Shown: positions 1 through 12,987, counted from the first letter of the stretch. The stretch is 64,000 bases of DNA from an uncultured Lachnospiraceae bacterium (GCA_910586615.1 CAJUJP010000002.1:57213-121212); one strand, 5' to 3'. Translations and numbers: made by a program. Notes: generated by a model from the letters alone, not told the origin.

Positions 1-48
1 ACAAAGCTTAGTGAACTGCAGAAAGATCTGCTGAAAATCCAGATCTGA
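1..48 (+). CDS. atpH: 3' end of ATP synthase F1 delta subunit (partial, cut by window edge)
   Basis: Frame 1 reads TKLSELQKDLLKIQI then TGA. It lies immediately upstream of atpA, the canonical atpH position. Confidence 0.7.
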   Translation, partial: TKLSELQKDLLKIQI

Positions 49-222
49 CGGACGTAAGGTTAAAGAGACGGAGAAGGCATAAGTTACAGTTCAGACTTAT
101 GACAGATCCGTAAGTTATACAGGCGCCGGAATGCGGATTCGAGGCATTTTGTGCGCAGCAGGCGTGACAGAGAAGCCGCAGGCGGAACTGTTACAAAAAT
201 TAAAGAAGAAAGGTGCGTATGA

Positions 223-1740
<1,518 letters not shown>

Positions 1741-1768
1741 TTCATAACAGAAAGTAGAAGGTGACGCT

Positions 1769-2632
1769 ATGGCCTCAATGAGAGACATTAAAAGGCGTAA
1801 AGGCAGTATTCAGAGTACTCAGCAGATTACCAAAGCCATGAAACTTGTTTCTACTGTAAAGCTTCAGAGGGCAAAACAGCGTGCAGAACAGTCGAAAGCG
1901 TATTTTAACTGTATGTATGAAACGGTGACTTCCATGCTTGCCCGGACGGGGAATCTGAACCATCCTTATCTGCGGTCGGGAGAAAACGGAAAGAAAGCAG
2001 TGATCGTGATCACCTCCAACAGAGGTCTTGCCGGCGGCTATAATTCCAATGTCATCAAGCTGATCACCAGGGGAAGCTTTAAGAAGGAAGAACTGGCGGT
2101 CTATGCGATCGGTAAGAAGGGTAAGGATGCGTTACAGCGTTACGGGTATGATATCGTAGAGGAAAATTCGGACATCATCGAGGAGCCTTCCTATGTGGAT
2201 GCCATGGCTCTCAGCAACAGACTGCTGAAATCCTATGCGGAGGGAGAGATCGGTGAGATCTATCTGGCGTATACAGGATTCAAGAATACGGTGGTGCACG
2301 AACCGAAGCTTTTGAAGCTCCTGCCGGTGGATGTTTCCGACAGAAAGGGAGCGGCAGAGGACACCGGAAGCAAGGCGATGATGAACTTTGAACCGGAGGA
2401 CGAGGAAGCACTCGACATGATCATACCGAAGTATGTTACCAGCCTGATCTACGGCGGTCTGGTGGAGGCATCCGCCAGTGAGAACGGTGCGAGAATGCAG
2501 GCGATGGATTCCGCTACGAGCAATGCTGAGGAAATGATAGATCATTTATCACTGATGTACAACAGAGCACGTCAGGGATCTATTACGCAGGAATTAACAG
2601 AGATTATCGCGGGTGCAAATGCAATCTCATAA
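1769..2632 (+). CDS. atpG: F1Fo ATP synthase subunit gamma
   Basis: QITKAMKLVS N-terminus and ARQGSITQELTEII C-terminal signature. Confidence 0.99.
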   Translation: MASMRDIKRRKGSIQSTQQITKAMKLVSTVKLQRAKQRAEQSKAYFNCMYETVTSMLARTGNLNHPYLRSGENGKKAVIVITSNRGLAGGYNSNVIKLITRGSFKKEELAVYAIGKKGKDALQRYGYDIVEENSDIIEEPSYVDAMALSNRLLKSYAEGEIGEIYLAYTGFKNTVVHEPKLLKLLPVDVSDRKGAAEDTGSKAMMNFEPEDEEALDMIIPKYVTSLIYGGLVEASASENGARMQAMDSATSNAEEMIDHLSLMYNRARQGSITQELTEIIAGANAIS

Positions 2633-2653
2633 TATGGAGCAGCACCTGAATAA

Positions 2654-4072
<1,419 letters not shown>

Positions 4073-4099
4073 GCGGGTTCGCAAGGGAGCAGGTAGCAT

Positions 4100-4510
4100 A
4101 TGGCTGATGATAACAGAAATTTTACATTAAAGATCATTACACCGGACAGAGTTTTCTATGAAGAGGAAGTGTCCATGGTGGAATTCAATACGGTGGAGGG
4201 AGAAGTCGGTATCTATAAGGACCATATTCCGATGACCATGATTATCGCCCCGGGGATTTTGACGATTACCCAGGGAGACGAGGTTAAGGAAGCGGCATTA
4301 CATGCCGGATTTACCGAGGTTCTTCCTGATAAAGTGACGATTCTCGCAGAGATTATAGAGTGGCCGTCGGAGATCGACCTGACCCGTGCCGAGGAAGCGA
4401 AGTCGCGTGCCGAGGAGAGGATCAGAGAACATGCGCCCGGAACCGATATGAACAGGGCAGAATTGTCTTTGAGACGTGCGGTAGCCAGAATAGAGGCTGT
4501 CCACAATTAA
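4100..4510 (+). CDS. atpC: F1Fo ATP synthase subunit epsilon
   Basis: IITPDRVFY...GEVGI...H pattern, C-terminal IDLTRAEEAKSRAE helix, follows atpD. Confidence 0.96.
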   Translation: MADDNRNFTLKIITPDRVFYEEEVSMVEFNTVEGEVGIYKDHIPMTMIIAPGILTITQGDEVKEAALHAGFTEVLPDKVTILAEIIEWPSEIDLTRAEEAKSRAEERIREHAPGTDMNRAELSLRRAVARIEAVHN

Positions 4511-4529
4511 ATAACATATGTATTGTATT

Positions 4530-4559
4530 AAAAGGGCGGTGTGAAATCCGCCCTTTTTT
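4530..4559 (+). terminator. Intrinsic terminator of atp operon
   Basis: aaaagggcgg...ccgcccttttt hairpin with T-run about 20 nt after the atpC stop. Confidence 0.85.
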
Positions 4560-4585
4560 AGGTATAGGAAATTCCTTCGGATTTA

Positions 4586-4630
4586 CGAGGCTGCGAAGCA
4601 GATCTCGCAAACGAGCTATACTCGTTTTTT
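4586..4630 (+). repeat. 45-nt double-hairpin intergenic repeat, copy A (REP-like)
   Basis: cgaggctgcgaagcagatctcgcaaacgagctatactcgtttttt; 43/45 identical to 23632..23676. Confidence 0.85.
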
Positions 4631-4689
4631 GTTCGCGTCTCACGGAAAGCTGCATATGATAGAATAAAAAGATGAGGAATTGGTGCAGC

Positions 4690-5064
4690 ATGAATCAATC
4701 CAGAATCCTGCCCTTCTATATGGCCTATCCGCTTCCGATGTATTATCAGCAGGAAGACAGCGTGACAAGGGACTTGGAATATTTACAGCAGATGTATCCT
4801 GCAGAGGCGAAAAAATACCAGAGGATTATAGCGGAGACGCTGGATCGTATTGATTATGAAGGAAGCATGATCTATGATGAATATCCGGATAAATGGCAGA
4901 TTTACAGGCTCACGCAGGCAATAGTAGACAAAATCGTAAATGCCGGGGAGGAACAGCAGTCTGATGCGTACCGCAGCCGGACGACAGAGTTTGTCCAGGT
5001 GCTTTTATCTTATGAAATCTACAGAAAACGTCATTCCAACCGCAATGGAATCTTAAAATTTTAG
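4690..5064 (+). CDS. Hypothetical protein (Tyr/Pro-rich N-terminus, possibly sporulation-related)
   Basis: ORF MNQSRILPFYMAYP...; start may be 4672 or 4690. CATATGATA at 4653..4661 resembles a sigE/sigK -10 element. Confidence 0.7.
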   Translation: MNQSRILPFYMAYPLPMYYQQEDSVTRDLEYLQQMYPAEAKKYQRIIAETLDRIDYEGSMIYDEYPDKWQIYRLTQAIVDKIVNAGEEQQSDAYRSRTTEFVQVLLSYEIYRKRHSNRNGILKF

Positions 5065-5220
5065 TTGTGGTTTTCCTGTAATCTTATTAAAATAGAAGCA
5101 GAGTCTTTTCACAAGGCAGCATGTAAAAACAATCCAGTGTATGCAGAGCAATGCACCAGGGAAGATAACACAGAACTTACGCTGTCAAAAGTCAGTTTGA
5201 ACGAAGAAAGAAAAAATAAG

Positions 5221-6393
5221 ATGGAAAAACAGCTTACAGAACTTTTGAAAGATACTGTGGATGACGGTCTTTACCAGATCATCCTGAGTAACCCCCGCAT
5301 CAAAGACGGGGTATTCAAGATTAAAATAAGGTCTGTTATGGTAAAAGGAAAGCTCCTTTTCCAACAGACCAGATATGACGGGACAAAGGTATTTCATGAG
5401 AATCTGGACAGAGACAGCGTGATTTGCAGCGTTGATGAAATGCTGGCAGGAACTTTCCGACAGTGCGAGGTATCCCATAAAGGCTGTAAGGCTGTGGTAC
5501 TGGTCAGCAAGAAGGGAAAGATGACCGTCAGCAGAAAACAGATCGAAAGCGCAGAGCCGGCCGCGGAAGCCGGCCGCGGGATGACTCTGGCGCATAACAG
5601 AAAGAAAAGATATATTCTGGAAGAAGGAATCCCGGTTCCCTTCCTGGTGGATCTGGGCGTGCAGACGAAAGAAGGCAGGATTGTAAACGCCCGTTATGAT
5701 AAGTTTAAGCAGATTAACCGTTTTCTGGAATTTATCGAGGATATTCTGCCAACACTCTCAGAAGAGAATACTGTGCATATTCTGGACTTTGGCTGCGGCA
5801 AATCCTATCTGACCTTTGCCATGTATTATTATCTGCACGACTTGAAAGGATATGATGTGGAGATCACAGGGCTGGATCTGAAGGAAGATGTGATTCTGAA
5901 ATGTAATGATCTGAGCCGGAAATACGGATATGACAAACTATGCTTTATCCAGGGCGATATTGCGGAATATGAAGGACAGGGCAAGGTGGATATGGTAGTG
6001 ACACTGCATGCCTGTGATACTGCCACCGACTATGCTCTTGCCAAGGCTGTCGCATGGGATGCGAAAGTGATCCTTTCAGTCCCCTGCTGTCAGCATGAGG
6101 TAAACGGACAGATCTGCGCCAGGGAACTTGCGCCGGTTTTCAGGTATGGTATCATTAAAGAACGCATCTCGGCGCTGGTTACAGATGCCGTGCGTGCGAA
6201 CCTGCTGGAAACGGCAGGCTATGAGACGAATATTCTGGAATTTATTGATATGGAACATACACCGAAGAACCTGCTGATACGCGCCGTGAAAAAAAGAAGC
6301 GGCAGTATGCGCAGACAGCAGGAAAGCGGACAGACGATCGATGATGTGATGGAGTTTTTGCACATTGATCCGACTTTAAAGAGGTTATTATGA
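5221..6393 (+). CDS. Class I SAM-dependent methyltransferase
   Basis: ILDFGCGKSYL motif I, VTLHACDTATD and VPCC motifs. Start moved to ATG 5221. Confidence 0.9.
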   Translation: MEKQLTELLKDTVDDGLYQIILSNPRIKDGVFKIKIRSVMVKGKLLFQQTRYDGTKVFHENLDRDSVICSVDEMLAGTFRQCEVSHKGCKAVVLVSKKGKMTVSRKQIESAEPAAEAGRGMTLAHNRKKRYILEEGIPVPFLVDLGVQTKEGRIVNARYDKFKQINRFLEFIEDILPTLSEENTVHILDFGCGKSYLTFAMYYYLHDLKGYDVEITGLDLKEDVILKCNDLSRKYGYDKLCFIQGDIAEYEGQGKVDMVVTLHACDTATDYALAKAVAWDAKVILSVPCCQHEVNGQICARELAPVFRYGIIKERISALVTDAVRANLLETAGYETNILEFIDMEHTPKNLLIRAVKKRSGSMRRQQESGQTIDDVMEFLHIDPTLKRLL

Positions 6394-8930
6394 AAAAAGC
6401 GATCATAAAGGGTGTTTTGCTTGGTCTTATCTTTGCGGCGGCATTGATGGTGATCAGCGCGGTGATGAATCAGGGAAATACCGATATGACAACTGAAATG
6501 GGAGAAGCGTCTTTTCCGGTGCTGTCGATGTCTGTGAGCGGACACAGCGTCAACAGTCTGCATGGCTACGCAGACAGTATGAACAGTGCTTATCTGAGGG
6601 ACACACTTCAGCCCGTGGGAAGTGACAGAAAGATTGATGTGCGGCTGGATACCTACGGGAGAGAGATCGGGCAGATCGGTTTTGAGGTGCGCAGCCTGAA
6701 CGGGGACAGGCTTGTGGAGAGCACAGATGTACAAGAGTATACACAGGATGAGGATGCTATTGATTTCAGCATTACATTGAAGGATCTGATCGAGTACGAT
6801 ACGGAATATATGCTGGTTTTTCTTGTCACACCTGCGGAAAATACGCCCATACGTTATTATACCCGGATCATCCTGAGCGATGATCTGCATATTAAGGACA
6901 AGCTGGATTATATTGTGGATTTTCATGAGCGCACCTTTGACAAAGAGGCGGCGGCAGAACTGACCAAATATCTGGAATCCAACTCCGAAGGCGACAATAC
7001 GACTTTTCACAAGGTAAATATACACAGCAGTTTTCAGCAGGTGACCTGGGGAGAACTTCCGATTGCCAAAGTCACGGAGCCGGTGATCACCATCAGGGAA
7101 CTGGCGGAACAGACAGGTTCTTTTGATCTGCAGTATCTTACCGCGGTAAGAGAGGGAAGAGAGACGAAATATTTTCGGATCAGGGAATTTTACCGGATCC
7201 GGTATACACCCGACAGAATGTATCTGCTGGACTTTGAGCGGGAGATGGATCAGATCTTTGATGAGGAGGCAAATATTTACATCAATGACAAGATCGTGGT
7301 AGGTATCGCCGGAGAGGAAGTGAAGCTGTATGAGAGCGACGGGGGCAATGTGTTTGCTTTTACGGTAGCGGATAAATTGTACAGTTACAATGTGACGGAT
7401 AATAAGTTGATCAGATTGTTCAGCTTTTACGGAAATATAGACGGGCTTTTTGATGTCAGGAACGGTTATGACCGGCACGACATAGAGATTCTGTCTGTAG
7501 ATGAGACCGGGAACGCGCTTTTTCTCGTTTACGGCTATATGAACAGAGGGCGCCACGAAGGAAATGTGGGTGTTGCCGTGTATCATTACAACAGTATGAC
7601 AAACACAGTGGAAGAACTGGTCTACATTCCCTATGACAGATCCTATGAATTGTTAAAATCGGATATACAGCAGTTGTCCTATGTGAATAAATCCGGAATC
7701 TTTTATTTTATTCTGTCGGGAAGTGTCTACGCGGTGGACCTGGAAGCACAGGAATATCAGGTGCTTGTTTCCGGCCTGAAGGAAGACGGATATCATGTGT
7801 CAGAGACCAATAAGATGCTGGTATGGCAGGAGGGAGAAGATCTGCATGCCAGCGGCAGCCTTATACTGATGAACCTGAACACACAGGAGCAGACGGCTAT
7901 AAGGGCCGGATTCGGGGAATATATTTCGGTACTTGGCTTTATGGAGGAGGATCTGATCTACGGACTGGCAAGGAAGCGTGATGTGGTGGTGACCAGTGCC
8001 GGATCCACGATCTATCCCATGTACTGCGTGCGGATCCAGGGTGATGACGGCAAGGTACTGAAAAGCTATCGGAAGCAGGATGTATATGTTGTGGACAGTA
8101 TGGTAATGGGAAACCAGATTAATCTTTCCCGTGTGGTCTGGGATGAGGAAAGTGCATCGTATATGCCCACCTCGGACGATCAGATTATGAGCACAGAGGA
8201 AGTCCGGGCGGGAAGCAACACGATTGATTTTGTAGTAACGGAGAATTATGAGACACTTTGCCAGATCGTGGTAAAAGACGAGATCGACAGCCGCAGCCTG
8301 CAGCACTTATCGCCCAAGGAAGTGCTCTTTGAGGGTGACCGCGCCATTTCGCTTCCAGAATCCGAACAAACGGAACAGCGTTTTTATGTATATGGCAAAA
8401 ACGGAATTGAGGGGATTTCGAGCAATCCGGGCAAAGCAGTTGATCTTGCATACCGGCTGGCCGGTGTGGTGGTGGATGATGACGGGGAATATGTATGGAG
8501 ACGGGTGACCAGAAGTACCAGAAATCAGATCATGGCTATTACGGAAGATGAAATGTCGGAGACGAGAAGCTCTCTGGCAGTCTGTCTGGACACGATTCTG
8601 AAATTTGAAGGAACATCCAGAAATACGGAACGCCTTTTAAACGGAGGAGGTACGGTTTACTCCATTCTGGAATCGAATCTGCAGGAGTGTACGATTCTGG
8701 ATCTGACGGGATGCAGCCTGGATGCAGTGCTGTACTACGTCAACCAGGATATTCCGGTGCTGGCGTTATTGGAAGACGGAAATGCGGTGCTGATCGTGGG
8801 ATTTAATGAACTGAACATTGTGGTCATGGATCCCGTGACGGGCACTTTGTATAAAAAAGGTATGAATGATTCGACGGAATGGCTGAAAGAGAACGGAAAT
8901 CGGTTTATTACTTATGCGAGGAAAGAGTAA
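6390..8930 (+). CDS. Large exported or membrane-anchored hypothetical protein (846 aa)
   Basis: N-terminal hydrophobic signal/anchor; ATG overlaps the end of the upstream ORF; acidic beta-rich body. Confidence 0.85.
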   Translation: MKKAIIKGVLLGLIFAAALMVISAVMNQGNTDMTTEMGEASFPVLSMSVSGHSVNSLHGYADSMNSAYLRDTLQPVGSDRKIDVRLDTYGREIGQIGFEVRSLNGDRLVESTDVQEYTQDEDAIDFSITLKDLIEYDTEYMLVFLVTPAENTPIRYYTRIILSDDLHIKDKLDYIVDFHERTFDKEAAAELTKYLESNSEGDNTTFHKVNIHSSFQQVTWGELPIAKVTEPVITIRELAEQTGSFDLQYLTAVREGRETKYFRIREFYRIRYTPDRMYLLDFEREMDQIFDEEANIYINDKIVVGIAGEEVKLYESDGGNVFAFTVADKLYSYNVTDNKLIRLFSFYGNIDGLFDVRNGYDRHDIEILSVDETGNALFLVYGYMNRGRHEGNVGVAVYHYNSMTNTVEELVYIPYDRSYELLKSDIQQLSYVNKSGIFYFILSGSVYAVDLEAQEYQVLVSGLKEDGYHVSETNKMLVWQEGEDLHASGSLILMNLNTQEQTAIRAGFGEYISVLGFMEEDLIYGLARKRDVVVTSAGSTIYPMYCVRIQGDDGKVLKSYRKQDVYVVDSMVMGNQINLSRVVWDEESASYMPTSDDQIMSTEEVRAGSNTIDFVVTENYETLCQIVVKDEIDSRSLQHLSPKEVLFEGDRAISLPESEQTEQRFYVYGKNGIEGISSNPGKAVDLAYRLAGVVVDDDGEYVWRRVTRSTRNQIMAITEDEMSETRSSLAVCLDTILKFEGTSRNTERLLNGGGTVYSILESNLQECTILDLTGCSLDAVLYYVNQDIPVLALLEDGNAVLIVGFNELNIVVMDPVTGTLYKKGMNDSTEWLKENGNRFITYARKE

Positions 8931-8975
8931 GATTCAGATAATTCTCTGATGAGCGCGCTTCGGAATGGAGTAAAG

Positions 8976-9638
8976 ATGAAGAACTGTGATGCGGTTATTT
9001 TTGACATGGACGGCGTTATTTTTGACAGCGAGCGTCTGGTATTGGAGTGCTGGGAGCAGATCGGCACAAAATATCATTTTTCAGGGATTCAGGAGGTTTT
9101 CATTTCCTGTATCGGAACCAACAAGGTGAAGACAAAGGAGATCCTGCTGAATCACTACGGGAAGGATTTTCCCTATGAGGAATTCAGCCGGGAGGCTTCT
9201 CTTCTGTTTCATCAGGTTACGGACCGGGACGGACTGCCTGTGAAGAAGGGTGTGAGGGAACTGCTGGAATATCTGCGGAGAGAGCAGATGCCGGTGGGGG
9301 TAGCGTCCTCCACGCGCCTTGAGGCAGTGACGCAGGAATTGAAGCAAGCCGGGCTGTATGAATATTTTCATACCGTGGTAGGCGGTGACCAGTTGAAACG
9401 CAGTAAGCCAGAGCCGGATATTTATCTGATGGCCTGTGAAAAGATGACGGTGGCGCCGGAGCGCACTTATGCCATTGAAGATTCCCATAACGGCATCCGG
9501 GCTGCTTACCGGGCTGGAATGAGACCGGTTATGGTGCCGGATATGCTTCCTGCCACAGAGGAAATGCGCGGAATGAGTGTGATCGTACTGGAAGATCTTC
9601 TTGAAGTAAAAAAGTGGTTTGAGGGCATAGATAAATAA
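8976..9638 (+). CDS. HAD-superfamily phosphatase (beta-PGM/CbbY-like)
   Basis: FDMDGVIFDSE motif I, ASST, SKPEPDIY, IEDSHNG. GGAG RBS before ATG 8976. Confidence 0.93.
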   Translation: MKNCDAVIFDMDGVIFDSERLVLECWEQIGTKYHFSGIQEVFISCIGTNKVKTKEILLNHYGKDFPYEEFSREASLLFHQVTDRDGLPVKKGVRELLEYLRREQMPVGVASSTRLEAVTQELKQAGLYEYFHTVVGGDQLKRSKPEPDIYLMACEKMTVAPERTYAIEDSHNGIRAAYRAGMRPVMVPDMLPATEEMRGMSVIVLEDLLEVKKWFEGIDK

Positions 9639-9822
9639 CGCCTGTAATTAATTGAGTGGGTAGTTCTGCATTGATTTTCGCGGCTGGATAGCTGATTTCG
9701 GCACGGGAAACCACAGGTTGCGGGCCGTCCAAAGAGCGGGCAACCAATTGTTTCTGATTTGGAAAGCAAAAGATATGGAACAGAGCAGACTATTTTTATA
9801 TGATTGTTTTATACAAGTCAAC

Positions 9823-9912
9823 AACCCTGCTGCAAGCAACGGGGTATGTGACCCTCGCGGCATTCGCCAAATGTCTGCTTCGCAGCCGCCTGGCTCATTG
9901 CTCGCGGGAATC
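9823..9912. repeat. Structured palindromic intergenic element (REP- or IS200/IS605-end-like)
   Basis: Hairpin accctgctgc-aag-caacggggt, then long stem ccctcgcggca...tgctcgcggg enclosing tctgcttcgcagcc, the reverse complement of the first hairpin of the 45-nt repeat. Confidence 0.5.
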
Positions 9913-9934
9913 ATGTTTTGGAACGGAGGAATTG

Positions 9935-10816
9935 ATGAATCTTGAAATTGCAAGCAGGCTGGTGAGCCTGCGTAAAGAAAAAAATCTGTCTCAGGAGGCA
10001 CTGGCAGAGAAACTGGGGATCAGCAGACAGGCAGTCAGCAAATGGGAGCGGGCTGAAGCATCTCCTGATACGGACAATCTGATTGCCCTTGCCAGACTGT
10101 ATCAGGTCTCTCTGGATGAACTTCTGATGATCTATGTGGATGAGGAAAGTGATGCAGCTCCGGCAGCACAATGGAGAGAAGAACAGCTCGGGGAAAACGG
10201 GGACGTAGTGACAGAGGGTATTATGAATCTGACAGAGTACGACCGTGAGGGAGAACAAACAAAGACGGATGAAAACACCAGGACTGAACAGGCAGAGAAT
10301 GTGGAGGAAGATGTACATGTGGGTTTTGACGGTATTCATGTGAAAGACAAGGGTGCGGAAGTTCACGTGAGCTGGCGTGGCATTCATGTGTATGACAAAA
10401 AAGATGACAACGAAGTTCACATTGATAAACATGGTATTCGTGTGAACGGTGAGGATGCCTCGAAACATATTTTTTCACGAGGGCACAATGGCGGCCTGCC
10501 TCTTGGCATTATAGCGATCGTGGCCTATATTGTCATAGGAGTGTGCTTTAATCTGTGGCATCCGGGCTGGCTGATCCTGTTTCTGGTGCCGATCATCAGC
10601 ACACTGATTGATGCGGTGTATCTGCGTAATCCAAGTTACTTTGCATATCCGGTTTTGGCTGTGCTGATCTTTTTGTTTGTGGGATTCGTGTATGGTGTAT
10701 GGCATCCCACATGGGTGGTTTTCCTGACAATTCCGATCTATTATTCGATTGCCGAGTATATTTTACGGAGACGTAAGGCAGATGCATATGAGGAAGAGGA
10801 TATGGAGCAAATGTAA
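9935..10816 (+). CDS. XRE-family HTH regulator with C-terminal membrane domain
   Basis: LSQEALAEKLGISRQAVSKWERAEASPD HTH; C-terminal hydrophobic helices; GGAGG RBS before ATG 9935. Confidence 0.9.
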   Translation: MNLEIASRLVSLRKEKNLSQEALAEKLGISRQAVSKWERAEASPDTDNLIALARLYQVSLDELLMIYVDEESDAAPAAQWREEQLGENGDVVTEGIMNLTEYDREGEQTKTDENTRTEQAENVEEDVHVGFDGIHVKDKGAEVHVSWRGIHVYDKKDDNEVHIDKHGIRVNGEDASKHIFSRGHNGGLPLGIIAIVAYIVIGVCFNLWHPGWLILFLVPIISTLIDAVYLRNPSYFAYPVLAVLIFLFVGFVYGVWHPTWVVFLTIPIYYSIAEYILRRRKADAYEEEDMEQM

Positions 10817-10859
10817 TTGAAGGAAAAAAGGTATATATAGTTGTATTGCAATTCAAATG

Positions 10860-10896
10860 ATCCCCGTTCGCCGAAGTTTGTTCGGTAAACGGGGAT
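10860..10896. terminator. Stem-loop, likely terminator
   Basis: atccccgtt-cgccgaa...ttcggta-aacggggat inverted repeat downstream of the XRE gene; weak T-tail. Confidence 0.5.
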
Positions 10897-11111
10897 TAGA
10901 GACTAACTGGGGGATTCCGGGAGAAAATAGGGTACAGGACGCGTAAAGGCAGAGGGTGGCTTTGTAGCCGGAGAATACTGGGATAATCATACTCATTATG
11001 TAAAATATGGAACTGAAGATTAGTTTAAGGAAGGATGTTTGCGCAAAGGAAGGTAAAAGGCAAGTGGGTCTGAATTAATTGGGCACACTTGCTTTAGAAC
11101 AAGTGAAAAGT

Positions 11112-12224
11112 ATGAAACGGAAAGTAAATCCAGTCATCACATTGTTGCTGATCACACTTTTATTTGGATTTGTTTTTTTGTTGCAAGTCAGTGCGGCATG
11201 TTTAGGGATGAATGGGAAAATAGATGAAACAAACGCAAATGACAGTATTTATCTGCAATTACAACAGGAGAGTAGTCCGCTAAAACCAGAGCCTGATGAT
11301 TATGAAAATATGCTGGAAAAACTGCAGGATACGGAATTATTCAAGTACTATGAGATTTATGTACAGCCCTTATGGGTGGAGGGGAAGCTCTTTGATGAAG
11401 TGTCGGATCACGAACTGCCATGCGTGCAGATTGGTGAAAATGTTGCAGAGGATTTTGGCATAGAAACAGAGGCAGGAAGAAATTTTGCAGGTACAGATTT
11501 TGTTTTTGACTGGAAAGGCAGTATACCTGTGATTTTAGGTCATACATATAATGGACAGATTGAATTGGGCACACGGTTTCAAGGCGAATATCTGTATGAT
11601 ACTTATGATTTTATCGTCATAGGAATTTTGAAGGAAAACAGCCGGATCGATCTGGGATTCAAAAGTTATCTGCTGGATGAATCCGCAATTATGCCAAGCT
11701 TTGCAATAGCGGATGTCACAGGATTCACAGACGGTATGAAGATACATTATGCGAATAAAACAAGTGGTGTGATCAGGACTTCTTCCGGAGCATGGAAAGA
11801 TGTTGAACGTTGTATCAAGGAAATCGTCAACCATTCTCCGTCAGGGAATTATAGCTGGTATTCCAATTCTGTCAGGATTAATTTCAGGCAGATGTTTGGG
11901 ATTGATGTAATCAGCCTGATGATTTTATGTATTGCCGGCATACTTTTGATAACAGTCTTTTACCTGTTTATGATTTGCAGGAAAATGCGGTCAGGTGAAC
12001 TTACATGGAAAACGAACCGCCGGAATATTTTATGGCAGGTTGTTATTTATATAGTGTTGTCGGCAGCACAATTACCGGTATTAAAAGGAACGATATATTT
12101 TATTGGATTCAGGCTGCCATATTTTGTAACGCCATTGACGGTATTGGCAATTTTATTTGCCATTGATATCATTGCATATTTTTGGGCCGGGAGAATGAAA
12201 TCCGGTCATGTTCTGCACTTATAA
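11112..12224 (+). CDS. MacB/FtsX-like ABC transporter permease (orphan)
   Basis: N-terminal TM, extracellular domain with GRNF..TDF, IPVILG and VIGIL motifs, three C-terminal TMs. Confidence 0.7.
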   Translation: MKRKVNPVITLLLITLLFGFVFLLQVSAACLGMNGKIDETNANDSIYLQLQQESSPLKPEPDDYENMLEKLQDTELFKYYEIYVQPLWVEGKLFDEVSDHELPCVQIGENVAEDFGIETEAGRNFAGTDFVFDWKGSIPVILGHTYNGQIELGTRFQGEYLYDTYDFIVIGILKENSRIDLGFKSYLLDESAIMPSFAIADVTGFTDGMKIHYANKTSGVIRTSSGAWKDVERCIKEIVNHSPSGNYSWYSNSVRINFRQMFGIDVISLMILCIAGILLITVFYLFMICRKMRSGELTWKTNRRNILWQVVIYIVLSAAQLPVLKGTIYFIGFRLPYFVTPLTVLAILFAIDIIAYFWAGRMKSGHVLHL

Positions 12225-12273
12225 AAACGATTTGAATCTTTTACGTATCAGATTTCTGCCTTGTTTTTTAAAG

Positions 12274-12319
12274 AAAAAGCTCCGCCTGCCGGAAACAAAA
12301 CCGGTAAGCGGGGCTTTTT
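12274..12319. terminator. Bidirectional terminator between convergent genes
   Basis: aaaaagctccgcctgccgg...ccggtaagcggggcttttt, flanked by A and T runs. Confidence 0.75.
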
Positions 12320-12416
12320 AACTGTGATGATAGACCTTATATATAGACCTTATATTATGAAGCTCAAGCCACATGCGAAAGCTTTAGCAAAACCCAAAGC
12401 AAAATCTATAATGGTG

Positions 12417-12983
12417 TTAATTATAATGATTCTTAAATAAAATGTTCCGGTATTTCTGCAGAGAAAATAAGAGAATCATGCCCAATACACCACATGAGAT
12501 CACCTCTCCGGCACCTACCGTAAGGCAGTAATAACCGAAACACTGCAGAACAGATAATCCTTCGATCAGCAATCCGTAACCGTAGATCAGTATGAGAGGT
12601 ACGATGATCGTGTTTGCAATGATAGGACAGACAGGAGCGCACCATTTCCATTTGCGCAGGCTGTAAGTGCCGATGGCGCCGATCAGGGTCGCAAGACTGC
12701 CGAATACGATGTCAGGCAGTGCACATCCCGTGAGGATATTGCTAAGCAGACAGCCTATAAACAGGCCGGGTATTGCAGCCGGCGTGAAAAACGGCAGAAT
12801 TGTAAGTGCCTCAGAAAAACGAACCTGCACGGCATAGTTGGCAAGTCCGAAGGCGTTGGCGATAAAAGTCAGCACAACGTAGATGGCGGCGATCATAGCT
12901 GCCTGTACCAAAGTGGTCAGTGATGCGGGCGGGGCAGTTTTTACGGAAACAGCCTCGCTGTAAGATTGTTTTTTCATATGCAT
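12417..12983 (-). CDS. queT: QueT-family queuosine-precursor transporter
   Basis: AAMIAAIYVVLT, VQVRFSEALTILP, GLFIGCLLSNI, DIVFGSLATL motifs; preQ1 riboswitch directly upstream. Confidence 0.92.
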   Translation of the reverse strand: MHMKKQSYSEAVSVKTAPPASLTTLVQAAMIAAIYVVLTFIANAFGLANYAVQVRFSEALTILPFFTPAAIPGLFIGCLLSNILTGCALPDIVFGSLATLIGAIGTYSLRKWKWCAPVCPIIANTIIVPLILIYGYGLLIEGLSVLQCFGYYCLTVGAGEVISCGVLGMILLFSLQKYRNILFKNHYN

Positions 12984-12987
12984 TTGT

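Noticed and set aside
6219..7586. 455-aa minus-strand ORF
   Set aside because: Antisense shadow of the 846-aa gene. The same applies to 40680..41633, 60700..61494, 25545..26318 and the other nested ORFs.
12330..12355. 13-bp tandem duplication atagaccttatat
   Set aside because: Lies between convergent gene ends; most simply a slippage duplication. Likewise tttcagcatata x2 at about 40379..40402.
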